Source of the DNA: Octopus sinensis
Lineage: Eukaryota
NCBI RefSeq assembly: GCF_006345805.1
Contig: NC_043003.1
Span: 102,734,001 to 102,798,000, forward strand
Direction: 5' to 3'
DNA length: 64,000 nucleotides
The notes under the pieces were generated by a model. It had not been told where the DNA came from, did not search any database, and saw only the letters and a program-made list of their open reading frames with translations. The position numbers and the translations under genes are program-made. Within the stretch, counting starts at the first letter, position 1. Every line of letters starts with the position of its first letter. This document shows positions 51,366 to 64,000 of this stretch, in pieces.

Positions 51366-51582
51366 ATCAAAGTGACAGAAAAGTGGTTTGAACACTTATT
51401 CCTTCCCTTATTAATTTGGAGAGATTCCATTAACCGTAATTATCATTTACCATCACAGCCAGAAGATATGATGGTAAATAATAATTAGACAAGTCCCATG
51501 ATTATTGTGGACAAAGAAAAAAATAGTGTAAGATCCATAGACTTTTCAATACCATAAAATCGAGTGTCTAGTAAAGAAATAT

Positions 51583-51746
51583 AGGCACAGGCGTGGCTGT
51601 GTGGTAAGAAGCTTGCTTCTCAACCACAAGACTCTGAGTTCATTCTCACTGCGTGACACATTTGACATGTGTCTTCTACTGTAGCCTCGAGCCGACCAAA
51701 GCCTTGTGAATGGATTTGGTAGATGGAAACTGAAAGAAGCTTGGCA

Positions 51747-51784
<38 letters not shown>

Positions 51785-51985
51785 TGTCTGCATTTGTACC
51801 CCACCACCGCTTGACAACGGGTGATGGTGTTTTTACATCCCCGTAATTTAACGGTGCGACAAAAGAGATCGATAGAATGAGAACCAGGGTTAAGAGACAA
51901 ACGTACTGGGATCGCTTCATTCGACTAAAAATTTCTCAAGGCGTTATCCCAGCATGGCCACAATCTGATGACAGAAACATGATAA
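51583..51985 (+). mobile_element. Family B SINE, full length
   Basis: TATAGGCACAGGCGTGGCTGTGTGGTAAG head through CCAGCATGGCC tail. Confidence 0.85.
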
Positions 51986-51989
51986 GGGA

Positions 51990-52602
51990 CAAAAGATAAA
52001 ATACGAGGACCTAGCAAGAAAGACAAGAGGCTGCAGAAGACAAATTTAACAATTGTTCTTGTGGTAATTGATGCAGTGGGCACAACACACAGAATGCTAA
52101 CGAGGAGTCTGAAGGAAACTGGAACTGAAACTAGCATCGTCGACCTGAAGAAATGCGCCATCCTACATTCTGACAGACATGTTGTCAACCTAACAGCGAG
52201 ACAACATCCCTTCGACCATGAGATAGGGAATAGGAAGCCGGACTTAGTCTTAATTGATAAAGGAAACAAACTATGCTGACAACAAGGTATGCGATAAGGA
52301 AGAAAGAAAAGTTGAGAGATATGACAGGTTAGCTTGGGAAGTTAAGCAGTTGTGGTCGATGAAAAAGGTAGCAGTAGTACCAATAACTGTCGGAGTCCTG
52401 GGAACAGTGAGCAAAAATCTTGAGAAGTATGTGGAACAAATAGGGGCTACAATAAGGGTGGAGCACTTGCAGAAAACAGCACTGCTTGGAACCGCTCGAA
52501 AACTCTGGAAGGTGCTCGAAAAATAAGAGGTGTTACCTTAGTTCACTAGTAGTGAACAGCTGACATTGTAGTGTATCTCCAGCGTTGGAAGCTGTGCAAA
52601 GG

Positions 52603-52610
<8 letters not shown>
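51990..52610 (+). mobile_element. Two R4/Dong-like endonuclease 3' fragments, the second ending in (AAT)n
   Basis: KYEDLA...VVIDAVG; then NRKPDLVLIDK...KVERYDRLAWEVKQLW...VPITVGVLG...LQKTALLGTAR*. Confidence 0.88.
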
Positions 52611-52815
<205 letters not shown>

Positions 52816-53049
52816 TCTCCAAATATTCTTATCTAGTTACTTAATGAAAAGACCGCTTTACCATGAGGCTAGCAGTACAACGCCAAAGAAAGTTAGTTAA
52901 ACATTTCTTCTTCCATTTTTGTTTTCTTTTTTTTTTATCTTCTTCAAATATTCCTGTCCAGCTACTGTAATGAAAAAGATCGCTTTGCCATGAGACCGAT
53001 GCGAACACCACCACCTCTTCCCCGTATTCAAACTGGGAGTGAGGCAATT

Positions 53050-55365
53050 ATTCTTTCTTTTTTTCCTTCGGTCAGGATGTCGGTGGCTAAACCGGTAACC
53101 CCGCAGAGCTTGCTCTGTGAGGAGGGTGTATGATTCTTGCTATTTTGATACCCTACAAGAAGAACAAACCTGTATACAGGCTAATGAACTCTTACGAGAA
53201 CGGCGTGAATGAGGTTGGAATACCTTGTGAAGGTCTCTCACCCGGTGGGTACCCCATGGGTGAGCAGCGTCATAAAGCAACTGCTAAAAGAGGGTGGACG
53301 AAAGAAATGAATATAGCTGTAATAGAGTGCTACTTTCTGGGTAATCTGAGAAATGATAATTAAATACTCGTTAGGGGACACAGGAAAAGAATGCATAGGG
53401 CATAGAGCGACAGAGGTCTATTTGAATTAAGTAAACAAAATCTGTGTGACCAATCTAGCGCCATCAGAAAGAATGAATGGATATCTCCAGTTGGACTAGA
53501 AAGCATTAAGAGACGGGTGCTTAGGGATAATGAGACCAGCGGTGAACGGAAGCTTGAGGTGAGCAAGAGAATACGGATAGTGAAACTATGGCATGAAGTT
53601 AAAGGAGGAAAATGAGCATGAGGCTGAGATTATTGATCAGGAAAGCGATGAGAGAACCAAGGAACAGATATCCATTTTAAATGAAAACATTGGTATTTGG
53701 CCCTCTGGTAAACAGAGCCTCCATACGGGGTTTAAAAAAACAGAAACTCAGTGGATGGGTCAGGAAGATAAATGATATCACTGGTGATATCAGGACTGAC
53801 AACACCACAGACACCAACAATCTGATGAATGCAATCCCAATCTTTATAGCCCTAACTTAGGTTTGAAAGCCAAAGGCAAATGTCAACATAACCTGAAGGC
53901 ACCCAGGTGGAAAAGGAGAATAATGCAGTCTATTAATGAAACCAGAAAGCATATTAATATTCTGGAATGGAAGAAGAGGAATGAAGTTCAGCGAGACAAA
54001 AAGTATTGGGTGAAGTGAAAGGGAATCAATGTTGAGGTTGAGGAATTAAAACAGAGGTTGAACGCTAAAGTACATAAACTAAAGAGATATGAACAGAGAA
54101 TTGAGCAATACAGATTAAACAGACTTTTCGAACAAAATCAGAAACGAGTCTATCAGGAACTGGATGGGAAAGAAAAAAGTGAAAATGTCGCGCCGGATGC
54201 TGAAGAAAGCAAACGATTCTGGTCAAACATATAGTCTCAGGAGAAACAACACGAAACTAAAGCAGAGTGGTTAAGACACTCAAAGAGGAGAGTGGAGAGT
54301 ATCAGCAAGAGGATTTGAGAATAACCGAGGAGATGATTAGAGATCAGTGGAGGAAAATTCCTAACTGGAACGCGCCTGGCCCAGATGAGGTTCAGGGCTT
54401 TGGGCTTAAAAACCTGACAGCTCTGCACAGGAGAAACTGAGTAGTGACATCCAAGTACCGGCCTGGATGACAAAAGGAAGAATGGTACTAAGCCAGAAGG
54501 GCCCACGTAAAGGGAATGCGGTTGGAAATTTCCGACCAATAGCTTGTTTGCCACTGATGTGGAAACTGATGATGGGCATCGTATCAAACAGCCTCTATAA
54601 GTACCTAGATGAGAACGAGCTACAACCAGTGGGAAAAAAAGGTGTAGACGTAAGAGCAGAGGAACGAAGGACCAATTACTAATCGATGAGACTATCCTGG
54701 CTGACTGCAAGAAGAGACACAAAAATTTGGCGATGGCATGGGTGGACAACAGGAAAGCATATGACATGGTCCTACGCTCGTAGATAATTGAATGCCTTAA
54801 ACTGCTTAAGGTCTCCCACAATATCCTGAAGTTAATACAAAACACAATGACAACGTGGCGAACTGAACTCACAGCAAAGCTGGGAGAGGAATCTTTCATG
54901 GGGACAGTTTGTCGCCTCTCCTGTTTGTTGTCTGCCTACTGCCACTAACGAGCGTTTGAAGAAAGATGCGTGTGGAGTAGGTGCTAGGGAGGGTGAAAGT
55001 AAACAACCTGTGGTTTTATGGATGACCTAAAGCTATTCACTAAGACTGAGAAAGAAATTGAGAGTTTGACGACAACCGTGCAGATTACCAGCAAAGATAT
55101 TGGCACGGAATTTGGGATCGAGAAATGTGATTTAATGATTCTCAAAAGGGAGAAAAATCAGTAAAAGTCATGGGATCAAGCTGGAAAGTAGTGAAACTAT
55201 AAAGGAAGTCGGAGAGGAAGGATATAAGTACCTGGGTATCATTGAAAGAGATGAGATGACTGAACACAAGATGAAAGCAATGTAGAGTATTTGAGGAAAA
55301 CTCGGCTTGTGCTCCAATCGAAGCTAAATGGCCGCTACAAGATTAGAGCAATTAATTCGTGATCT
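53050..55365 (+). mobile_element. R4/Dong-like retrotransposon 5' portion (N-terminal domain plus reverse transcriptase), decayed and 3'-truncated
   Basis: [79 protein letters not shown]. Confidence 0.92.
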
Positions 55366-55424
55366 GTAATTGCCTGCTTTTAAGTAAAGAATAACCGGTA
55401 ATTAAGAACTATCGGAGAGTCTAA

Positions 55425-55503
55425 CAACAATAACAACAACAGCAACAATAACAATAACAATAACAATAACAATAATAATAATAATAATAATAACAACAAC
55501 AAC

Positions 55504-55587
<84 letters not shown>

Positions 55588-55650
55588 AAGAAGAAGAAGA
55601 AGAAGAAGAAGAAGAAGAAGAAGAAGAAGAAGAAGAAGAAGAAGAAGATC
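55425..55650. repeat. Compound (AAC)n/(AAT)n/(AAG)n microsatellite
   Basis: Direct reading. Confidence 0.97.
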
Positions 55651-56158
55651 TTAACTGATTGGAAGTGTTACCACGTACATTGTTTTGTCTTGGTATAAAA
55701 GATGGGCTACGGCAAATATTCTGCTCAATACTACAGATTTGCTTGTCCGTTGTTTGACCGTAACCAGTTGAGCATGTCCCTTGGTGGCTGATGATATGTG
55801 CATCTCTGATCACGAGCAGAAGTAGTGGGGGAGCATCATAGCAATGTGTTGAGAGGGATTCTTTGGGGTTTGAATAATTCACCTCTGGAAACATGGGTGT
55901 TTCATTCAGCATCCTTAAACAACCCTTATTCAGGGACCTTTTGAGCGGGATGGATTACTCGACCCGAAGAAAATTCTAACTGAGCTCCAACGGCAAGGTC
56001 ATGCGCTGTTTATCTTGATATGAGATCACCATGTTGCATACATATGATTGTGCTGCATTTAATTGGTGTACCCTTATCAGACGGGTAGTAATGATAGTGA
56101 CCTTCGTATATTTTAACCCAGTGTCATTTTGATGGCATGCACTGTTCTCTCACTCAAT

Positions 56159-56191
<33 letters not shown>

Positions 56192-56195
56192 AATA
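55650..56195 (+). mobile_element. Unclassified retroposon-like segment ending in (AAC/AAT)n
   Basis: GC-richer unique-looking block ending CTCTCACTCAATAACAACAAC. Class not determined. Confidence 0.35.
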
Positions 56196-56209
56196 ATAAT
56201 AATAAGAGG

Positions 56210-56415
56210 TATCAAATTTTGGCATAGGACCAGCAATTTAAGGAGAGTGTATTAGTCGATACCATCGACCCCAGTGCCTGTCTGATTTTTTTTATCGACC
56301 CCGAAAGATTGAAAGGTAAAGCCGACATCGGCAAGTTTTGAACTCAGGACGTGAAGGTGGAACAAAAACTGCCAGACATTTTTCATATGTTCTAATGATT
56401 CTTCCAATTTTCTAC
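56210..56415 (-). mobile_element. Degenerate family A SINE
   Basis: Contains GTCGA-TACCA-TCGAC hairpin and reverse-complemented body. Confidence 0.7.
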
Positions 56416-57067
56416 CACAAATTTATAGCGGCAGGAGTATGAAGGATTATAGTTGATTTAGATTTATACAAGAGGGAGTATAGTCGATTAATATGACCAC
56501 AGAATATTACATGTCTTGGTTCTATCAACCTCAACTGCGGCCATAGAGATTTCTTATATTAGTACAATGTCACCAGTGTGCGATTGGTCAGGGAGGAAAT
56601 GAAGCAAATTGGCGGAATGGTTAGAGAATTTTGGAGGGAATATGTTGTGTTATTTTTTCTTCTTCTTTGCGCTCTGATTTCAAATCCTGCTAAAGTCAAC
56701 TTTTAGTTTCATCCTTCTGGAATCATTAAGTTGAATACCAGTCAGGCAGAAGGATCGAGTCTTCTTTTCTCTGTGTGTCGGAATTAATTATATCTTGCCG
56801 TAGAAAGCATCTCGTTCGCCAGAAATTGAGAATGTTGAGTGAGGTGCTAAGCAACGTCTTGTCATAGCGAAAAAGCTTCTGTGCTATTGAAAACTACCCA
56901 AGGCCATCCTTATACGCAAAACAGCATGTAAAAGTAATAATCTGCTTGAATGATAACTACAATTTGTCTTATAATGATCAAGCGGTAAATTATGCTGATG
57001 TGCTCACCGTGGAGTTAAACATTTCAAACACTATGCCATAAAATACTGTGAACTCTGCAATTTATAG

Positions 57068-57294
57068 AGAATAATGTCTTGGACTGCGATATGATTTTCA
57101 TGAAGCCATTTCCAAAACTTTTGAATGGGATCATTCCCTGTTTCAGCAGTATATTGAAGAATTTCGTCACGAATGCTTCCATAATGTCATATCTTCCACG
57201 TTGGATAAATGATTCTCAAGATCCCTCCTCACAACCAGATCGTATATTTTATGGACATCCAAAGCTAAGAAGTTTTACCTGGCCCTCTCAATAC
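57068..57294 (+). CDS. Candidate coding exon (75 codons) with a DxD-like motif
   Basis: TTTATAG| acceptor and |GTATGA donor; NNVLDCDMIFMKPFPKLLNGII...RIFYGHPKLRSFTWPSQY. Possible upstream 35-bp exon at 56804-56838. Confidence 0.3.
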
Positions 57295-57604
57295 GTATGA
57301 ATATATGTACATATGCATTTTATATTGCAGTATGGACAGACTTCGAGTAAGTGTTTGTGACAAAAGTCACAATTCTAATATTAGATATGTTCCTTTGCTA
57401 AAACGTAAAAACTTTTCTGTTTTTGAATTTGAAAACATTCCTGGATTAAACTGGTTCAAAATCTACACACACACACACACACAAACAATGTTGGCATTAT
57501 TTTATACATCAGACAGTGAGGAGGGGAAGCATAATATAGGATTTACACAACTACGGCCGCAGATCAGCAAACACCCCTCACACTTCTACAATTCGCACGC
57601 ACGT

Positions 57605-57653
<49 letters not shown>

Positions 57654-57874
57654 TACACAGACACGCACACTCACACATACAAGCATACATACACGAGGGA
57701 ATTACAAGAGTACATCATTATATCAAAGTTTCACTACAAAAATAAGCATTCTAGAAAATTTCAAATGTTTCAGGATCGCTTTTTTGTCGTTTTTAATGCT
57801 CTTTTCTCTTGGTTCCAGATTGCAACCATAAATCAGTGTGTGTGTGTGTGTGTGTGCATACACACACACACATA

Positions 57875-58806
57875 CAGGGTGCAATGGGTAAGTCGTCGCT
57901 ATTTTATATTTTCAATTTCGCGCATGCGCATTGCTTGTTTTTGATTTTGTCGACTACACAGTATAGTAGGGTGTCAGTTGGCCACTCTCTGTGCGAAAAA
58001 CAGCACCATGGCGTAATTCACTCTTCCAGAAATTTGGAAACGACATGCTATACTGCTTGGTATTCACGCTGAAAGCTTTAATATGAACATTTCAGAGTGT
58101 TTGGGTGTCAATTTGAGGACAGTGCAGAGAATTCGGAAAGAGTTAGATGAGTCTAAAGGTGCTTACGAAGCTACGGCAGCTCAGGAAACACACTTTGATC
58201 GTTCTGATAAGAAAAGAACTCCTCCAAGTCAATCAAGTCCATTACCAAGGACATGGGAGTGTCTGAGTTTCTTAACAGGCAGATAGTGCATGAAGACGTT
58301 GGTATACTTCATACAAGATGAGAAAGGGCCATTTTTTATCCCAAACCATCAAGGACAAAGACCGTGCGACGAAGCTTTTGAACAAACAGAAGTATCCCCT
58401 CCAACCGAACATGCTTTGGTTTTTCTCAGGCGAGAAAACTTTCTGCCAGGATCAGATGATAAACACACACAACAACCGTTGGCTTGCCATGTACCTAAAG
58501 TGATAAAAATCAACCAGTCAGCATCATGGTGTCCGGAGTTATCACTAGTGATGGCGACGTTATACCTCCATTTATCTTCCCACACAGCCTCACACTCAAC
58601 ACGTAGTAAATCAAATACCATACAACATATATTCTTTATTTATTAACATTAACTTCACCCACGGAGGATCTATCACAATGACCAAAAGTCAACTGAGACA
58701 GGTTCCATATGAGACGAGAAGGTAATTAGAAGAATTTTGTGAATTTTCCAAAGTTCATGTACCATTAAAGAGAAAGATGAGCTTATTGAGTTGAGATAAG
58801 AGGACA

Positions 58807-58810
<4 letters not shown>
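57875..58810 (+). mobile_element. Decayed Tc1/mariner-superfamily element, DD37D/maT-like
   Basis: TA|CAGGGTG start; ISECLGVNLRTVQRIRKEL (HTH); WFFSGEKTFCQDQMINTHNNRWLA; VMVSGVITSDG. Right TIR not found. Confidence 0.75.
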
Positions 58811-58859
<49 letters not shown>

Positions 58860-58981
58860 CGTGTGTGTGGTGTATGTGTGTGTGTGGTGTATACATATAT
58901 ATATATATATATATGAAGTTGTTTACGCATAATTAACTAGGCATGAAATCAGTGTGAGGATAATTGTAATTCTTAAAATTC

Positions 58982-59061
58982 AACCTCTAATCAGAGTAGA
59001 AATTCATTATGCGCAATGATATTGACTATTTGATGGCTGTGTCGAAACAGCTGTAAAGGTT
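58982..59061 (+). ncRNA. Decayed long-insert hammerhead motif
   Basis: AACCT CTAATCA...GTC GAAA CAGCTG TA AAGGTT; core mutated, same helix III as 16723 and 23160. Confidence 0.35.
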
Positions 59062-59166
59062 TCGTTACATCTGGTAATAGTACGTAGCAACCTATGTAAT
59101 TATATTCGTACATCTATTATTGTTTGACATCTGTATTGAAATTCGGTCAAACTTTTCTTTCTTTTA

Positions 59167-59203
<37 letters not shown>

Positions 59204-59459
59204 ATGTATGTTTGTGTATGTAGTTAAGCAAGTGAGATATACACTATGTTCATAGTATTTTTCACAGTATCGCCTCCTCACGACAATACGTTGTGTTTGC
59301 CGCCACAAAACAGTGATCCCGTTGATACTGTCTTTGAACAAAGACAAATAAAAAAAGTAAAAGGGATAAATCAATCGATCTGAAGCTTAAAACGACAACA
59401 ATTTTGAGTAAATATTTTGAGAAAATATTTGTTAAAAAAGGGAAGGGTTAAATGGTAAT

Positions 59460-60240
59460 AGAGAACATCTATAGTATTGATAAATAGATACAATGAAATA
59501 AATGAGCTAAAAGAAACATCGATAACAACTATTTAAAGGGATGATGTGGAGATAACAGACAATAGCAATAAGAACAATGAAAAAATGTGATGAAAAGATA
59601 ACAAAGGAAAACATTATAGATACAATGAGATAAAAGCAGCTAAAAGTAACATTGATAACAATTATATAAAGGTCTGATTTTGAGATAATAGACATCAGCA
59701 ATTAGAACAATCTTGCAATGAGATAAAAAGTGATAACAGAATCGCGAAGAGTCTAAAAATGACGACTCTAATACTAAAATACTGAGAGGTGGAATATGAC
59801 AGAAATATGATGAAATTCTTTGTACAGATGTTGGATCTTGTAGCAATATTTCATGAGGGATAATATAACAAGGGAAAGATTCGTATGATACCAAGTGTTT
59901 AATAAATATAACAAGATAAAAACTGATAGCACTTTATTTCCATTAAAAATAATAAGGATTCATTGATTATAAAGAGTATTCAACTCTTGTTGAATATAAC
60001 AAGACATGAAACTTACAACATCTTAGTTCCAGTGAATATAATAAAGATAACATTGAATGTAACAAGGATACTTAACCCATGTTAAATATAAGATTTTAAA
60101 CTTATAGCACTTCAGTTCCTTTAGATACAATAAGCCTACTAAACCCTTGTTAAATGTAATAAACTGTACATCGAACCGCTATTTACTACAAGGTGTAAAT
60201 TGATAATAACTCATGTTAAATATAACAGGGTATACATGTT
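59460..60240. repeat. Degenerate A-rich minisatellite-like region
   Basis: Recurring ataacaaga/gataaaa/aatataac words. Confidence 0.45.
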
Positions 60241-60253
60241 TAGACTTGTGTAT

Positions 60254-60304
<51 letters not shown>

Positions 60305-60312
<8 letters not shown>

Positions 60313-60470
60313 ATCACGTGACCGTCAGGCTATCAGATGTTGCTACACATCGCTAGTCACAATGCGCTCCGCATTGTTTTAGCCTTCAAATGACGCCACC
60401 CCGCTGGCTAAGCGAGCAGGCCAACAGAAGAAAGAGTGACAGAAAGTTGTGGCGAAAGAGTACAGCAGGG
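60305..60470 (-). mobile_element. Family C SINE 3' part, tail type 1
   Basis: Homologous to 4405-4560. Confidence 0.85.
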
Positions 60471-60546
60471 TTAGGGTATATATATCCAGATAGCTAATTT
60501 GGACTAATACTGCCTCCATCGCTAATAACTATATATATATATATAT

Positions 60547-60886
60547 ATATATAGAAAATAGTAAAAAGTGAAAAAACTACAGAAGGCTTCTTTTAAAAGG
60601 TTAAAAAATATATTTGAGTCATTATGTCAGAAGAATGTTATAAATTTTTTTCATACAGTGACATAGTTTTTGAAGAAATTACCGGTTTCGTGTTAACTTT
60701 TCAAATTTCTCAAAACATCGTGTTATGTCTTGAAAAGTTAACACGAAACCGGTAATTTCTTCAAAAACTATGTCACTGTATGAAAAAATTTTATAACATT
60801 CTTCTGACATAATGACTCAAATATATTTTTTAACCTTTTAAAACAAGCCTTCTGTAGTTTTTTCACTTTTTACTATTTTCTATATA
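60547..60886. mobile_element. PLE pLTR fold-back (arms 60547-60704 and 60730-60886, 25-nt loop)
   Basis: About 157-bp arms with about 2 mismatches; contains a hammerhead variant. Confidence 0.75.
60675..60709 (-). ncRNA. Minimal type-I hammerhead, U3-A8 compensatory core variant
   Basis: GAAAT TTGAAAA GT-TAAC-AC GAAA CCGG TA|ATTTC; perfect helix I and ACCGGT palindrome. Confidence 0.7.
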
Positions 60887-60912
60887 TTCAACCACGTGCT
60901 TTCACACACCAA

Positions 60913-60999
<87 letters not shown>

Positions 61000-62014
61000 C
61001 TTGCCTATTGAATGCTTATTTCTCTCGTCTGTATCACCAAATCTCTCTCTCTTTCTCGTTCTGTGTGTATATAAATGTGCGTGTAGAGAGAGAGTCTCTA
61101 GATGTCCGCTAAACATGACAAAGAGTCGGCGTACATATAACATGAAACTTATTACCTCTAGATTACATAAATGGCATTTATATCGTTTAATTCTTGCTGG
61201 CAACATCATGGAGAGCACTTCTTTCAACTAGCTCTTGCTAGCACTGAAGTGGAGACAACATTTTCAAGCCACCAGCATCCATGAATTATTATCAATGAAA
61301 TAAAGGCAATATTTTGGACACCAACACCCACCGACTAACAGTGTAATGGAGAATATATATACGTTAATAATGTCCTGGAGAATATGTTTATTACATTAAG
61401 CAATAGTTCTGAATACAACACGGAGTAATGCTGTTAGCATTCAGCTGTTGTTATCAATAATACAGAGATGAATATCTACCAGCTAACAAAATGACTATTT
61501 CATACTCGGAATTCATATTAACAAACACACACTGAGTTTATTAATGACATGCAACTCTGGCGAAAACTAACATATTTTCAAATTACAACTTCCCTCTCTT
61601 CTATAAGACAAATAAAGAAATAAATTAAGACAATATATAAACAAACGGTCTGTGATTTAAATTATCTCCATATCTATATAGAAGCAATAATTGTATCTAA
61701 ATTAATATGGAGGCTGTTTATAACACGTCATATGCTGAAGACAAATATGTACAGTATCTATAGTAATAGCACCTAATTTATATACACTGTACTGACTTCA
61801 TAATATCGATCCCATTTTAAAATGAACAACTGTTGTTGACAATACCATAAACAGCATAGGGCCTCTAACAACTCGCTCTCGTTTAGAATGTCATAAAGAG
61901 TACAGTACTTGTAACAGCTAACTCTTGTTGACAATACCATGAAGAGTGCTTTTAACAACTAGTTATCGTTGACAATACTATAGGGAGTACAGTACTTGTA
62001 ACAACTAATTCTTG

Positions 62015-62446
62015 CGATCTTTTCGGTTTGAACGGCAGTTTTTAACATAATTTCTAGGTAACTAAAAAATTTTAAACTTCGTATACTGGTAGAATGTGTT
62101 TATAAAACATCTTTTTATCTTGGCTTTATTGAGAAAATTCTATAGTTTGTAAGATATTTGTTGTTTTTTTCTTCAATTTCTGCAATTTCAACCAATCACT
62201 GACGTCTATTGAGGTAAAAAACATTCTGTGCCGTATGAATACGTCCCTTGTTTAAAAAACAGGTTGGGTTTATTTACATTTCTGAAGAAAAAAAGATACC
62301 CTTCCCCCCACCCCTAACCCTAACCCTAACTAACCTTAACCCTAAAACGGATTGAAATGCAATAGATCGATACTAGGGTCATAATTGTGGGTAACAATTT
62401 TATATGACACCGCTAGAAAAAACTGCCGTTCAAACCGAAAAGATCC
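62015..62446. mobile_element. MITE with ~29-bp TIRs, 8-bp TSD and internal (CCCTAA)n
   Basis: TIR (G/C)GATCTTTTCGGTTTGAACGGCAGTTTTT; TSD AATTCTTG at 62007-62014 and 62447-62454; telomere-like repeats at about 62312-62345. Confidence 0.85.
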
Positions 62447-63054
62447 AATTCTTGTTTAAAATAACATAGCGGTTACTTCTTACATTCAATACTATAACAT
62501 ACTTCAGCTAAACATGGCAGAGTGAGTTTAGTACTCAGAATAAATGCTAACCATAATATCAAATTTATTTGTGACATCTCATTCCAGCGATAACTACATT
62601 TTCCGAATGGCAACTTCAATATCATCTGGTAAAAACAAAAAAAGAAAGAAAATTTCATCAGAAAACCACTCATTAAAAAGTCGGTTCGTGTTATAAATAA
62701 CTTTAATATTAATATAGCAAAAGTAATTGTTTCTAGATTAATGTGGAGGCTCTTTATAACTCGTGTCCTAAGCGGAAGATCATGTGAACAAAAAGCATGC
62801 AAACTTCATAACGTCGATCTCTTGCTAAAATTAACTTAGCAACAATGACACATCGGATCACGTTAGTAGGAAGATGAAACGGTAGATATATAACATGTAA
62901 CATGGGGACTCTAACATTATGGATACGCCAGCTCTTGTTAGTAACAACATGGACATTGCTACTCACATTTGGCTCTTGTCACGAATAAACATAGAGATTA
63001 CACCTGTGATAACACAGCTAATGTTAGCAATAGCACGAAGCCTATATATATATA

Positions 63055-63262
63055 TTTCTTTACTGCCCACAAGGGGCTAAACATAGAGGGGACAAACAAG
63101 GACAGACAAAGGGATTAAATCGATTGCATCAATCCCAGTGTGTAACTGGTACTTAATTTATCGACCCCGAAAAGATGAAAGGCAAAGTCGACTTCGGCGG
63201 AATTTGAACTCGGAACGTAACAACAGACGAAATACGGCTAGGCATTTCGCCCAGCGTGCTAC
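63055..63262 (-). mobile_element. Family A SINE, tail alpha
   Basis: Reverse complement of the 36511-36745 type. Confidence 0.88.
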
Positions 63263-63499
63263 GAAGCCAATATATATATATCTGAGACATTCAGCAGATG
63301 TGAACAATAACGTAAAGAATATAGTAACAGTAACAGAACGGCTGTTATTAACAAACTATAACATCCACATGTAATTCACAATAACATGGGAAATATAAGC
63401 ACTCAGACCTATCAAACAACCAGCGTATCCCATAAACAGGCAATGGTCAGTTGTTTATGGTGGCCTGCCGTAAGCATCTCCTGAAATCATAGTGGATAG

Positions 63500-63990
63500 T
63501 ACTTACTTAAAACAATAATATCTTGAAGGTTGTAACAAGATCAGTATATGAACCAGCTACAAAAGAATAACATTGAGATTATTCTAAACAACTAACTCCT
63601 GCTCCTGACAAGCATAGGCATATAACAACAAACTCGAGAGTATAATAACACAATAGAAATAACAGCTACTGATTACAATAAGTGTAGATAAGAACCAGCT
63701 CCTGATTAAGCAAATGCGGAGATAACAATCTGATCTCGATTACAGTAATACAGTGAAGATAAGAGCAAGCTTCTGATTAGAGTAAGGCAGTAAAATCTCT
63801 AACAACCAGCTCCTGATTACGATAATGCAGTAGAGATAATCATCTCCAGATTACAATAAGGCAGTGGAGATAACAACCATCTCCTAATTACAATAATGCA
63901 GTAGAAGCTATAATAAGTAGGCTTCTGGTATCAATAATTCAGAAAAGATAACAACAAACACCTGGTTTCAATATTGCAGTATTGTATATT
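63500..63990. repeat. Degenerate minisatellite (CCAGCTCCTGATTACAATAA..GCAGTAGAGATAAC-like)
   Basis: At least six diverged copies. Confidence 0.6.
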
Positions 63991-64000
63991 AGTACCTAAT

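Noticed and set aside
53050-53135. HDV-like ribozyme at the 5' end of the Dong-like element
   Set aside because: One hairpin (CGCAGAGC/GCTCTGTG) is present, but I could not build P1/P2/P3 or the J4/2 catalytic C.
62312-62345. True telomere or chromosome fusion site
   Set aside because: Only about five imperfect units, enclosed within a TIR element with a TSD.

Overview
AT-rich, microsatellite-dense eukaryotic (animal) DNA made almost entirely of transposable-element debris. The SINE families resemble those I recall from Octopus genomes; the taxon is an inference and was not searched. Contents: (i) about 40 tRNA-derived SINE copies from four families with interchangeable 3' tails; (ii) decayed DNA transposons (internally deleted mariner, Tigger/pogo, JRK-like pogo, a near full-length Tc1, a DD37D/maT-like Tc1, several MITEs, a possible Helitron); (iii) decayed non-LTR retroelements (RTE x2, one L1/Tx1 5' half, six R4/Dong-like pieces); (iv) many Penelope-like element (PLE) remnants; and (v) long (TATG)n, (TA)n, (CA)n, (AAT)n and (AAG)n arrays, which explain most ORFs in the supplied track. 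No host gene can be named. Only weak candidate exons and one promoter-like CpG patch were seen. The standout signal is about 14 type-I hammerhead-ribozyme motifs, found by hand-folding. They differ in sequence but keep covarying stems and a self-complementary helix III. Several sit in PLE-derived fold-back palindromes (up to 475-bp arms). A subset has a 48-95 nt insert in helix II, and two of these have an unusual U-U pair at the base of helix II. A SINE fragment flanked by a 161-bp direct duplication and twin 96-bp exon-like units also merit follow-up. SINE and TE coordinates are approximate (about +/-15 bp). Ribozyme, TIR and TSD coordinates were counted by hand.
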